64,000 nucleotides of DNA, from the NCBI GenBank assembly GCA_907165135.1, contig OU015568.1, positions 13,888,001-13,952,000 on the forward strand, in the 5' to 3' direction. The position numbers and the translations under genes are program-made. The first letter of the stretch is position 1; each line of letters starts with the position of its first letter. Positions 34,997-48,409 of the stretch are shown here, in pieces. Origin of the DNA: Oikopleura dioica (taxonomy: Eukaryota; Animalia; Chordata). The notes beneath the pieces were generated by a model that was not told the origin of the DNA, searched no databases, and saw nothing but the letters and a program-made list of their open reading frames with translations.

Positions 34997-37420
34997 ATGG
35001 AACAAGATACGTTTTTTGAAATGAAGGTGGGAGTTATTATTTTGATGCAAATTTTATTAAAAGTTGAATGTAAGAAACAAATTTACTGCAAATTTATCAC
35101 AACTAAGGGGATAAGGTTGCATTATTTTTAATGCGGTCGATCCAGCTTGACTTTGAAGTGACAAAGCAGCATAAAATAAATCCTCCATAGATATTAAAGT
35201 CGTTAATTATTTAAAAGATTTGGACATAATAAGACATAAATTGACTATTGAGAATGGTTTTCCATGGTTTTAGAATACGACCCTTGAAGAAAATGGAGCT
35301 GATATTGTTGTTGGAGACCTATCGTTTATGAATAATGGAGGACAGAATTTTTCGGATATTCTTGTCGGTGGCTTTCCTTTCGAAAATCAGACTGATCTGT
35401 TGGAGAAGTTATATTCAAGTCAAGAAATTGTGAGTTTCGAAGAGTTTGTTTACTCCAAGCTTAATGATATTAAATGGCAGCATATAAAATTAACCCCTAG
35501 CGACAACTGAATTTGTCTGTTACCCTTTATTCAATCGTCTACTCTGTCATCTTTGTTTTTGGAATAATACTAAATGGTCTCGCTGTCTACCGTCTTATAA
35601 GCGCAAAACAGTTTTCAATGCTCAGCCAGGTAAGAGCATAATTAGTCTTAGACTTTTTGCGACTAAGAGAGTCTCATTCCTAATTTACAGTTTATTCCGC
35701 TCAACTTGGCCATTGGGGACGGAATTATGCTACTGTTTCTTCCATTCGAGATAAGCCGGATAAGAATGGAAAACGTATGGCTTTTCGGGGATTTCTTTTG
35801 TCGGGCGTTTAATATGGTGAGGATTAGTGCCGATTTTGTGTCTTCTTTAATCATGTGTGATTAAATCATTGTTTTTCCATTTGAATCACGGTATTAATTA
35901 AAAAATATAGAAGTTCAAAAATGAAACGATCAACGGATAGTGACTCTTTTAACCTTTTAGATGCCCCATATTATCATGTTTGTTTCGATTTATCTGCTGA
36001 CTTTATTAGCATTTGATTGCGGGTGCGTAAATAAGTCAGTCCTAATATGAGCTTCATTTCTATAACTTGCGGTAATTAACATGCAAGAGAGTGGTCGACT
36101 TTTGCACCCTGATTTACAGATCGATATGCAACGATGATGAACAACAGTATTACCCGCGTTGTGCGAGGGTGGAAGCAGGACAAGAAATTCTGCCTCACGG
36201 TAACCTTGTTGGCTTGGTGCGCTGGATTCTGCACCTCACTGCCTGTTATTTTCAACAGTACCTATGTGCCAGCACAAAATGGGACTCACGCTGTTTGTGG
36301 GGTTCAATGGGTAGGTTGCTTAACATAAACAAGTTTCGAGTAAAATTTTCAGAGAGCATCAGAAGAAACTTTTAGTGGAGACGAATGCATGATGATTAAT
36401 GGCCATAAAATCTCTCCCAGTGCTGCCTTCTGTCGATGTGGTCTAACTGTAAGATCAAAGGAAGATTTTTCAAGCTCAGTGATTTTTAGGGAACTGAAGA
36501 GATGTTTCGGATATTCACGTTTATCCTCACATTCGTCATTCCCCTCATTTCGATATCGTTCTTTTACATGTCCATCTGGAGAACAGTGTTTATTTCTGAG
36601 CGCAATATTTCAGCCCGCAGCATCAAATCTGCATCCAGCTCCGTCAAGCACACCTATAATCTGGGATTTCATAATATCCTCTATTGCTCGTTAATTTGCT
36701 ACGCAACATAATTGCATGAGAAAATTGCCTAGTTTTAGATTAATCCCAGCGATCAGAAAATCACTAAATGTTTTATTTGTGACGATTTTGCTTGTTTTGG
36801 CTTATCTTATTTGTTGGAGTCCTTATCATTTTACTTATATTTCTATCGTTTTAGGAGACGGCTAAAAACTTATATTTTTTAAATCAAGATGGGAAATCTT
36901 CTAGCCCTTCTTAGGACTCATGAAAAATACATCGCCAAACTTGTGCACAAGACTTCAAAACACTCATCAAATGTATGCGATGCTTCATTTCAATTCGCTC
37001 TATCAAAATTCTAGGCTTCTTTGGTCGAATCGATTAATCAATCCTATTCTTTATACCTTTTTTACGAACGACGTAAGAAAACGTTTACGACAAAACTTTG
37101 CTGGATTCCTCAGGACAGGGTCTTAATATCAGTAATTAATCTGTTTTACAGTTAGGTATGGCGATTCGGCTCAAAATATCTAAATAAGCGCCCTAAAATC
37201 GTACAAATCTGCTTTTCGGTTTCAGCAGAAAATAACCTAAATTTGTGGACCCCAAATTACCCCCTAACTGTGATTTTATTTTGGCTAAAAATATAAAAAG
37301 AGCCTTGCTAAGAAGAGCTATACCGAAGGTAAGCGCATGTCTGTTATTTCTTTGAGTTGTCCAGAATTTTTAGAAATCAAAAAGTTCAATGTCGTTACTG
37401 ACCGACGCGGGCAGTACTCG
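34997..37420 (+). CDS. Rhodopsin-class peptide GPCR (somatostatin/opioid/allatostatin-receptor-like), many exons; ends approximate
   Basis: NLAIGD in TM2; WLFGDFFCR; DRY; FVIPLISISFFY; CWSPY; INPILY. Confidence 0.8.
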
Positions 37421-38819
37421 TATCACATGTGGGACATAAACTGTGTCATAAGACTTGATTCGATACTCGGCGAGAGTATGAGCTTCATCTCATTCTAGTG
37501 CATGGAAATGTTATAGAGCTCATTTCTGCAGCAGTATCTCGTCATCAAATCGCGCCGCAAAGTAACTAATCCAGGCTTCTTCAGATTTGTTCACGCAAAT
37601 CTAGTGAAATCAAAATGCCTCCATCGCCAAACATCACCGCCAACACTTACATTTAATTCTATCAGAGACGCTTTCGCTCTAGAATTTATTCAATCCACCT
37701 TCAAACTAACATGTGACAAAACAGCTTATTTATTTTAGTCTTCTGCTTCGGAAGATAACAGTTTCTGAGAGTCAGTTCATCATTTAATTCTAATACGGAC
37801 TCCTGAAGTTTATCTTTGAAGTATTTTGAGTTCAATTTTATTCATTCGTCGTAGCATTGCTTGAATAATAATTGAGAAAATACTTAACTAACACGACTAA
37901 TACTAATGTACTATTGTCGGTTTAAAACTACGTTTTTCAATAGCATTTCGAGGAGGATCAGTCAGAGCCACCGATTGTTAGAGAAATGAACTCAAAAGCT
38001 TCACGAGACACAGATTTGGATTACATTCAGTAGTAAAATATTGCTAGAGAAAATGACTCAACTTTATGTTACAATTATTTTTCCCTTCTTACCGAGTTCA
38101 CGTTGCCTTATGTGCAGACACAAAAAAGGCAGAATAAATTGATTCCTTGTTTATTTAATTTCTCCTTCGAACTACAACGGAAGTTTATTATAAGAGCCTC
38201 GATCTTGAAGTCAATAGCTCACTCCCATTTGGAAGTTCCATGGAAGTACTTTTCTCTCGACCCGAGAGGGCCTTGGGCCGGCAGGAGATGCTCAAAAACC
38301 AAAAGAATTTGCATTTGTTTCTTAGTAAAACATTTCGTCTTTTCAGGAGCCCTTGTTCATGCTCCCGCAAATTCACGTTCTACCGTTGGTACCGTATTGG
38401 CAGTGTTTTTGGCATTCTGGAAAGTGAGCAGTCTAACAACACCCGATTTTCGTAAGGGAGCTGGGAATAATTAAATCATAATTTATCTTGGTTACGTCAA
38501 CCATTGAATGAAGCATAATATTCCTTTGGAAGCAAGTTGTTTCGGAAAAAACAAATGATCAAACGATCGTGTTGGTCTTTAAATTGTGAAACAAAGATAA
38601 AATTAAAAGATTGGAATTCTGATCGTAACCAATGTTTTAATTCGGAACATGGACCACGTTGACGTGAGGCGCGCCCACTGCCTTAATCTCCGACAACAAG
38701 TACTGAAAAGGGTCAACGTGCGCACCCCCCCACCTAGTGCCCAGCGACTCCATGACCCACATAAAAGAAGGGTTGGAAAGATTTGAGATTATAGATAGAA
38801 AAGCACGGCGATAAGAAAG

Positions 38820-41800
38820 ATGAAGCTTTCAGTAGCTGTCCTTTCTGCTGTTTACGCTAAGAGAGAACCAGAGTAAGTTTATCAAGCTTGTTATAATTAA
38901 TCGATTATATTTCGTACTTTATTTTTTTTCAATATCAAGGACTAAGTCATAAGCATTTTTTTCATGACAAATTTCGAGTAAATACTAATGATAAATATAT
39001 CAAGAAATTATCTTAGTGCCGATCGTCGCCTCGAGAAAATCAGAGGAAAAGCGGCTGACTTCAAATCTTTCGCAGAAAACAATCATTTCGTAAGCGCAAA
39101 GCGTCTCGTCGCTCTCAACGATCGAGTTGATCGACTAATCGCCGACGTCGAATCCATCAATGTCTCTGCTTGCCCCGTTCCCGGAGTAGAAGAGGGCAAA
39201 TTCGCCGATGAAGAGGACTTCAGCGAGCTCTGTGATGCTTCGGGCAAGTTTCCGTCGATGGTCCGCTCCTATGCTCGCACGTTCGGCTGCCAAGATGGTT
39301 TCAAAAGGAAGAACTTCCTAAATAGACTCGTCAATCGAACTCACAAGTTGAAGAAAAAAACGAGAAAAGCTGCTAGATGCGAGGCTCCTGCCCCAGTCAC
39401 AACAGCAACTACCATCGTCACCGGCACTCCACACACCGAAGCTCCAATGCTTGAAATGTGCGACAAAGACCACCACGCTGTTTGCGAGCCACTGACCAAT
39501 TCCGAAATCTACTTCGAGAATCAGTGGACCTGCAGAAACTGCTTCCGAGTACGAGCGACTTACGGCCAAAACTCAGGCTTCAAATTCAACCCGGCAAAAG
39601 GCGATTTCGTAAGCGTTCGATTTACCGAACCGGTCATTTGGCAAACATTCAACCATCCAGTCGAAAAGGTGACCGAAGTTGGTGATGATAACACATGGAA
39701 GATCGATTTTAAACATGACGGAAATTTCATGAGCGGAATGATCTTCGAGGGAAATCTGCAAACCTCAGATGACGATCTTCACGTTGACGGAAACTGGATC
39801 ATTGAGGCGGCTGAGCAATGCAAATGCAAAGAAGGTCCCCCACCACCACCTCCATGCTCACTTTCAGATCCCTGCGAAGGCAAACCTGACTGTGAGACCT
39901 TCATCAACGCCTGCGCCGTTACTCCATCGCGAAATAACCGTATCGCCACGATAGACGGTTCGGCTGGATATGTCGTATCCGCGGAAGTCCAGTGTGGCGA
40001 AAGCTCTGGTGCTTGGGGCGGTATTGTCCATATCAACACAGGCACGAGCAGAGAAGTGTTTGGTGACAGATATTTCACGTTGTGGGCCCGACCTGATGGT
40101 GGAATTAAATTTAATGCTCCTCTGAAGGTATGTTTGTTGCTAATTTTTTCGTAAAATATTTTGCGTAAGAGTAAGATCAGTCCGCTAAGCAAATATTTAA
40201 GGATAACGGTGAGTTCCACGAGGTTGAATACAATCCGTCCTGCACTCCAGGAGAATGGAATACATACACTGTCGCTCAAGAATACGTCGACAACGTGCTC
40301 GAGCTTTCCATCTCCGTCAACGGAGAAGTTCTTGGAACACACGTTGTTCCAGCTGATAATGCTTTCGAAGGAGAACTTTTCGTCGAAGTCGCAGGCGATT
40401 ACCATCCTGCTGCTGATACTTTCAAAGTGCGAAATTTCTACCATCAGAAACTTCAAGAGCCAACTGGCCGCTGCGACGCACCAGTTGATCCATGCGATGG
40501 TGACGATTCCTGCGACGCACTCGTTGATAACTGCCCGATTAGACCCATGTGGTCTAATCTTCTCGGAGAAGTCGATGGTGATGCTGTTTACTCAGCATCC
40601 GTTGATGTTTTCTGCAAGAAAACTTCTGGACACGGCTGGCAGAACGTCGTACATATGACGCAGGGCACCAACCGGGATCAATTCGGTGATCGATATTTGA
40701 CGATTTGGCAACACGCTGATGGACGACTCAAACTCAACGGTCCACTCAAGGGCAACACTGAATTCCACGAAGTTGAATACTATGTCGACTGCGATGACAA
40801 CTCGTGGACAAACATTGCTATTGCTCAGACTCAACTTGAAGGCGGTCTTTTGGAATTGAGCATGTATCAGGACGGCGATCTTCTTGGCTCGCACCGTCTT
40901 CATTCCAGAGATGCATACTCTGGTCCAATCAAGGTGTATGCTTCGAATCCGTTCATGCCTCCCGCCGAATTTTTCAAGATTCGAAATTTCGTCCATCGAT
41001 CTGCTCCATATGAAGATAACTGCGTAGGCTCTGATCCATGCGACGGCATTGCTGATTGCGAAACTTTCGTTGATTCTTGCGCGATCGCTCCGTGGCGAGG
41101 AACCCGACTCGCGGACACCTCGGCCCACGAGCAGTACAAGATCTCCGCTGAAGTCTTCTGCACTGACCGAGTTGCATCTAATTGGGAAAACGTTCTCCAT
41201 GTTCACACTGGAACCAACCGAGAAAACTTCGGCGATCGATACTTCACCATTTGGAAGCAAGGAGGACATGCAGACAAAATTAGAATTGTCGCACCTGCCT
41301 TTGACAATCCGAATTATGAGCTCAATGCTTACGTTGACTGCGCTCCAGGATGGCACACATTCACTGTCCAGCAATCAAAACTCGACCAACACCAAATGAA
41401 TCTCGAGATCATTTTCGATGGAGAAGTTGTCGAATCTCAAGCTGTTCACAAAAATGATCTTTACGACGGTCAAATTTTCGTTGATGTCTCTAACGAATTT
41501 GCTTGGCCAGCTGCATACGATCATCTTGTTAGAAATTTCTACCATCAAGACATTGCTTGTGCAGATCCCTGCTTTGGAAAAGAGAATTGCGAGACGATTG
41601 TTAACGAATGCGAGATCTTCCCGGCCCGAAACCAGCAGCTTACAACAGTTGAAGCGTCTTTGAACTTTAAGACTTCAGCTGATGTTCTTTGCGACCATGA
41701 TGTAATTAGTGGCCAATACACAAATATTCTTCATATTACCGGCGGTGGTAATGTTGGCGAAGTTGGTGATCGAACATTTGGTATCTGGCGACGACCAAAC

Positions 41801-44353
41801 GAAAATAAACTGCACCTAACTGTCAATGATCCAGCTCATGGAAGTCATCAGAAGACAATTAATGTAGATTGCAGGCAAGGTGATTGGAATACATACTCAG
41901 TTGAAGTTCGTCAGCTCGAAATCAATCCATCAGTACTCAAGTACGTTCTCAGCATCGACGACGAACAGATTCTTGAAGGTTTTTATGAGAAATCTGCAAC
42001 CTTGTCAGAAGGTGCTCTTCAAGTTTGGGCTGCCGATAATTTCTATGATGCAGCTACATCTTATGCAGTTCGAAATTTCTACTACCAAACTTTTGAAGAA
42101 GTGCCCGATATTGCTTGCGATGATGCTACTGATCCTTGTGATGAACTTGAAAACTGTAACACTATCGTTGACAGCTGTGCGGCTTCTCCACTAAGAGACA
42201 CACAAGTTTCAACCGTCAGCTCTTCTCTCAATTACAAGTTCTCTGCTGATGTTCTCTGCAGTCATGCTATCTCTCCTGATGGTCAGTACAAGAATATTCT
42301 TCACGTAACAGGTGGTGGCAATGTTGGAGAATCCGGGGATCGAACTTTCGGTATTTGGCGAACACCAAACGAAAACAAACTTCACCTCACCGTCGACGAC
42401 CCAGGAAAAGGTAGCCATCAAAGTACTGTCAATGTCGACTGCACTGATGGAGAGTGGAACACATACTCCGTTGAAGTTCGTCAGCTCGAAATTGACCCGT
42501 CTCTCGTCCAATATGTTCTCGCTGTTGACGGCGTCCAAGTCGACCAAGGAATCTACACCGCCGATAACGTCTTTACAGAGGGTGATCTGGAGGTTTTCAT
42601 TTCTGATGATTTCTATGATTCCGCAACACTTTATTCTGTTCGAAATTTCTATCATCAGACTTTCGATGAGCTCGAACCTCTTCCCTGCGATTCTACTGAT
42701 CCCTGTGATCTGCTTGATAAGTGTACTACAATCGTCGATAGCTGCGCAGTTTCTCCAGTCCGCAATACTGAAAAAGCTACTTTGACCGCTTCCCTAAATT
42801 ACAGAATCTCAGCAGATGTTCTCTGCAATAGCGTCTCAGAACTTGATGGGCAGTATAAGAACATTCTTCACGTCACTGGCGGAGGAAATGTTGGGGCAGC
42901 TGGAGATAGAACATTCGGAATCTGGCGACGACCTAATGAGCACAAGCTTCACCTTACTGTCAATGATCCAAACTCTGGAGGTCACCAGAAAACGAAAAAT
43001 GTTAACTGCATCAACGGAGAGTGGAACACCTATTCAGTCGAGGTTCGACAGGTTGAGGATGCCCCAGAGACACTTCGATACGTCCTTAGCGTTGATGGTA
43101 ATAAAATAATGGATGGAACTTACGAATCAAGCGGTGCCCTGAGTGAAGGAAATCTTCAAGCTTTCGTTGCTGACGAGTGGTACGGCGCTGCTACTCCTTA
43201 CTCTGTCCGAAATTTCTACTACCAAGACCTTACCTGCCCTAGTCCATGCGATGGTAAAGCCAATTGCGAGACTTTTGTCAATGAATGCGAAGTCTTCCCT
43301 GCACGAAATCAGCAGTTAGCAACAGTTGAAGCCGCTTTGAATTTTAAAGCTTCCGCTGAAGTTTACTGTGATCATGCCATGCCTCTCGATGGTCGATGGA
43401 AAAATGTTCTCCGCATTGGTGGTGGTGGCGATCTCGGCCGAATCGGAGATCGAGTATTCGCTATCTGGCGAAGACCAAATCAGAATAGGCTTTACATCTC
43501 CATCAACGATCCTACAAGGAGTCACATGGAGCGAGTAACTACTGCCGAGTGCATTCAGGGTGAATGGAACACCTATTCTGTTGAAGTTCGCCAACTCGAA
43601 TCAAACCCATCCATTCTCAAATATGTTCTCACCTTTGATGATGAAGAGATCTTTGAAGGATCTTACGATAAATCAGGCACCTTGTCCGAGGGCGCTCTTC
43701 AAGTTTCGGCTTCAGATGATTTCTACGAGTCAGCTTCAACCTATGCCGTTCGAAATTTCTACTACCAAACTTTTGATGAAGTTGCGGAAGTCGCTTGCAC
43801 AGATGGCACTGATCCTTGCGATGGACTCGAGAATTGTAACACTTTCGTTGATAGCTGTGCAGTCCGCCCATCAAGAAATAACCAGGTTTCCGCTGTCGCC
43901 CCTGCTACCAGCTACAAACTATCTGCAGATGTTCTTTGCAATAAGGACCTCTCTACCGATGGTCAGTGGAGAAACATTCTTCGTGTTGGTAATGGCAGTG
44001 GCGATCTCGGCGAGTCTGGCAATCGAGTATTCGCACTTTGGCGACGACCAAATCAAAACAGGATTTACATCTCTGTTGACAACCCAACTACAAGCCACCA
44101 TGAACATGTAACTACGTTCGCCTGTACCGACGGAGAGTGGAACACGTATTCTGTCGAAGTCAATCAGCGCGAATCAGATCCATCCGTAACCGAGTATTCT
44201 GTAACAGTCGATGGCGAGGAAGTCATTGCTGGATCCTACAGCACTAGCGATTTTTTCACTGACAGCGATCTTCAAGTTTTCATCTCTGACGATTACTATG
44301 AACCAGCTTCTGTTTACTCTGTCCGAAACTTCTTCTACCAGACTTTTGAATAA
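38820..44353 (+). CDS. Large secreted protein (~1770 aa) with eight tandem ~180-aa Cys-linked beta-rich repeats; oikosin (house protein)-like
   Basis: Signal peptide MKLSVAVLSAVYA; introns at ~38873-39016 and ~40128-40201; repeats C..DPC....C.T.V..C...P.RN / GDR.F.IW / VRNFY.Q; no TM segment. Confidence 0.85.
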
Positions 44354-44528
44354 GCTGGACGTGATTTTACTGTACTGTACGTTTCAAATTCTCTATCTTT
44401 ATGATACTTTTATTATGAATAAATCAACAAATTTACCTTTTGATAGACTGAATCTTTCTGGCAATTGGGAACGTAGAAAGCAGCCAATAGGAGCTCTCGT
44501 AGAATCAAAAAGAGAAAAAAGGGTAAAA

Positions 44529-45737
44529 ATGCTTTCTAGGGCAATTTTTCAGAGAGAAATTGTAACTCTTTCCTACCGAAGAATTTCAACGTGTTCAGTT
44601 CATTTTTCTTCTAGGCTTGCGAAGGTAAACAATTAATAATTGTCAATTATCTACCTAATTAAACGTAATAATCTGAAATTATTATTATATATTTTCAATA
44701 AGAAAGCGAATAGTTGAAAATAATTCACCTTACGATATGCTTAGACAGATTTTGCGGAATGCCACCATTCTTCAATTTGGGCCTCAACTTTCCTTCCATT
44801 CGAAAAGACGGCCGTTCCTATCGACCGAACGCTTGAACGCGCCGTCGAATCCAACCCAAAAATGACCCCTGAGAAGGTGGCGGATCAACTCGAAGCTGAG
44901 CCGATTATTCGCCCAAAACTTCAATTTCTTCAGCCGCTGATGTTCGCTGTCCTGTTTTATCTCTTTGCTGTCAGAATTCAACAACTCAAACATCTAAGCA
45001 GACTCGAACAAGAAAATCAAGAATTTAATGCACTGACAGGTTTGGAAACGAATAAATTCTGTATCTTTACCTTATTTAAAGACGACGAGAAACGATCTTT
45101 ATTCGAAACAGATGAAAACTACACTTTCTACCGAAGCATTTTGGATCTTTATTTTGGAACTTGCTTCACTGCTCTTGTTTTCTTTCGTCTTGCTGCTCTT
45201 AGGCGCTTCACAATTGCTAAGCAAGCCTGGTTCTGGTAGACCTAAAATTTATAAAGCAGTTTTCAGGTAATTCTTTTAGTGGAAAAACGGGAGTGACCAC
45301 AGTTCGAGTTCAATCAGTATCCATCGCTGGCAACGCACCAACTTACATCAACATCCCTCCCCATTCGACCGACTTCGTCATCACTGCCGACCTCAATGAG
45401 ATCCAAAATATTCCTGCTCTGAAGCAAGAGCCAGAAAATACTGTTGATAAGATTTTGCAAAAACTTATTCCAAACAACAAGGTTCCGTTTTTAAGATCGT
45501 GAGGATTCTAAACTGCTTTCAGATAAGCAGCTCTGCAATCGGAGACAATGGAGGACTAGCGCTAGTTTTTCCATCTTGCTATCTTGATATGGGCGCTGCT
45601 TTCGGCTCGTTGGAGAACTTGACAGTTATCATAAACGGGGAAGTGGCCCAGACGATGCATGAAAAGGCTACGGAAACTAAGCGTTTTTCTGAAACTGCGT
45701 TTGGTGCTAAATTTATTCGGGAGACAGCAAAACTGTG
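44529..45737 (+). CDS. Hypothetical membrane protein with mitochondrial presequence-like N-terminus
   Basis: MLSRAIFQR start; two hydrophobic segments; consecutive spliceable ORFs. Confidence 0.5.
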
Positions 45738-46074
45738 ACTAAAATAGTAATAAAGCGTTTATTTCGTCAATGAAAACAGTCAAATTCGTCATATTTACAA
45801 AAATAGCAGTCGATTTTTATCAAATCTTTGTTTTTCCAGGACATTTCACAATTTGTCCTCTTCGTTGTTCTCCATTTGAATACCTATTTACAGGGCGATA
45901 TATAAAAAAACTCAAGATTCTGGTTATGAGATCGTTAGTAGTGTTAAATTTAAATAAGTGATAATATCAAGTCCATTGACGGCAGGCCATTTGCAATCTT
46001 CAGTGATAGTTATTCTTTTTTAAATTTAAAAACTCATTTGTTGAAGACAACCGGCATAAAAATACTTTAAAAAG

Positions 46075-47953
46075 TTAAGACTCGCAGGTCGGAACAGGAT
46101 TCGACCACTTGCATTTGTTCCCTCTTTTGTTGCAAGAGCAATAGATGGAACTAGCGCCATCGAGTTTCAGTCCCTTTTGCACCTAAAACGGCAACTATCG
46201 CCAGCATTTTGTCCTGTGCAATTGGCACTCTCGAGCCCGGCGGATCGTTCAATCGCATCGCAAGACGTCACTTTTTGGGGTCGGCCAGGCATACTCAAGC
46301 TCCTTGCTTGTAGTAATCCAGTACCTGGTCTGTTTTTTCTGTTGGGTCTCCCCGAGCGAGCCGTGATGAGAGACTCACTCTGTCGCATCCTAAAAATATT
46401 TTAGATGTGTGCCAAAATGGCAATAGAAAAACCTGTAAAGTGTGATTTCTTGTTCTTTTCCTCCAAGTGCCTGTCTAGCGAACTCAATTTGACGGCGAGG
46501 ATCGCCTATATTCGCCCATGTGTCGTAAACGCCGAACGCGCGTAAAACTCCCTCGTCAGGCTCGCAGTTGACTTTGTCATCATTGCGCCAGAAGCAGTTA
46601 TCTTTTCGGCAGAAGCACTCTTTCTCCGAACGCCCGGTTGTTAATCTTTGCGGGTTCTTTAATACTTTTCTATCGACTACAATCTGTCAGAGAACAACTT
46701 ATCGAACCCTTCCTGTAACCGGGAAAACATGTGAGATCACAGACTTCTTCTTTCAAGAAAATACTCACCCCATCAACAGTGATCGCCATGTCGCAAGTAA
46801 AAAAGCCTGGATAGCTGTCAATAGCGGATCCTCTTGGGTCGGAACAAGTTCCAATGTCGTAGCCAGCTTGGTGCTCTTCGAAATCCGCTGAAAGATCCAG
46901 GCAAACGAAATCGAGTGGGTTTTTGCGCCATTGGTACACTCCGCGTGATACTTCTCCGCATTTTAGTCGCTAATTACATTCAGGCTCATTTACTTTCACA
47001 AAAAAACTTACATTTTTATCGCCGTATCCAGCCTCCAAGAATCCCTCAGAACAGGTCAATTTGCAAATTGTGTCCTCTCTGGTTCCTTGAGTGCAGAGAA
47101 AGTTTCCATTTTCAGGTTGAACGAGATCTGGACAGAAGTTGAATTCAGTAACCGTGTTGTCAAATGCGTTGTATGTTTCTCTTTGAATTGGGACGCATTG
47201 TGGGAAGATCGCTGAGGCATCTCTGAAGATATTCGTGTTCCAACCGGTGGAAGACTGTGTGAACGATCTTGGAGCGATTCCGACTGGCTGACGTCCAAGG
47301 ACAAAAGCCGATCGCTGACGCAGGGCGAGCTCTAGCACTGCTCCTCGCTGACTCCAAAGGCAATCCTCGCCCTGGCAGTCGCAGTCGTATTGAATAGCAC
47401 GCAAATTTGTCTCTGTCAAAGCGTAACCGTCATTGCAGGTGCTATAGCAAACATCGCCGTCTTGGGAGTCAGCGCGAGTCCGTTCACAGACCCATTTTCC
47501 ATTTTCAATGTCTGGCAAAGTCGGGCAAATCGGAACAGTTAGGCCCGACTTTATCGTGCAGGCATCAAAAGCTTCGCCATCCCAAGTACACTGCTTTGGA
47601 AATTCGATTGGGCCAAATGTTGTGAAGCAATTGCATTTCCGCGAGACCTCACCGACTGAATTCTCGAAGTTTTCAAGGCAACTCAAGGTGCAAACAGAGT
47701 TGTGCTCTAGTTTGTCTTCTGTGTCGTCGCATTTGTACTCGGCATTTTCAACATGTGGGAAAGCAGGGCAGATTGTTGTCGGCGATCTTTGAATGTAAGT
47801 ACTCGACGCTGCATACTCGCCTTTATCAGGTTCAATCAAGTCACCAAGCTCAATTATTGAGAATTGATTTAGAAGTCACGTGAAACGTGAACCTTTTCCT
47901 GAGATAGCTGACGCCTTCCCAAGTACAGTTACGACCAGCGGGAATTTTTTCAT
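46075..47953 (-). CDS. Secreted Sushi/CCP-repeat protein
   Basis: Signal-like MKKFPLVVTVLG; repeated CP...ENG...C.....C...C..G/F...C.C.....W....C motifs. Confidence 0.8.
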
Positions 47954-48409
47954 TCTCCTCTGTTGATCTCTTTATTCCTCCTCTTGTTCTTGAAGTAGTC
48001 TTCGACTTTTCGAGAAAAGGGTTTTTTGAAAAAATGAGATCTGTGATAATTGCTCGTTCTGGATCTGATAAGGTATTTAAGAGTATTACGCCACCTAGAA
48101 GTTGATAGCTAGTTCTAAATCAGCGCAATAATATAATCTGCGTGGCAGGATCGCCGTCGCTGACGAAGAAAAATATAGTAGCGCGAGGAACGGTCGGACA
48201 AATAAGCGAAGACGACGCGCAGGGGAAAGTGAACGAAAATCATTTCTAATTCGTAGACTTCTTGAATCAGTGATTTCACGACTTTGATCAACGCAGACTT
48301 CGAAATTTATCGTGTCATCGAACACGTTTTTGTGGAAACTTGTCAAAACAGAAGAATGATTTAAAATCCAGGGCTTCAAGTTTTGAATAGAAGGTCATTT
48401 ATTTTTACG

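Noticed and set aside
37450-38800. ORFs at 38103-38474 as genes
   Set aside because: No recognisable motifs; more likely intergenic or promoter DNA upstream of the secreted-protein gene.
39779-44107. Long antisense and alternate-frame ORFs over the repeat protein
   Set aside because: Shadow ORFs expected from codon bias of the real + strand gene.
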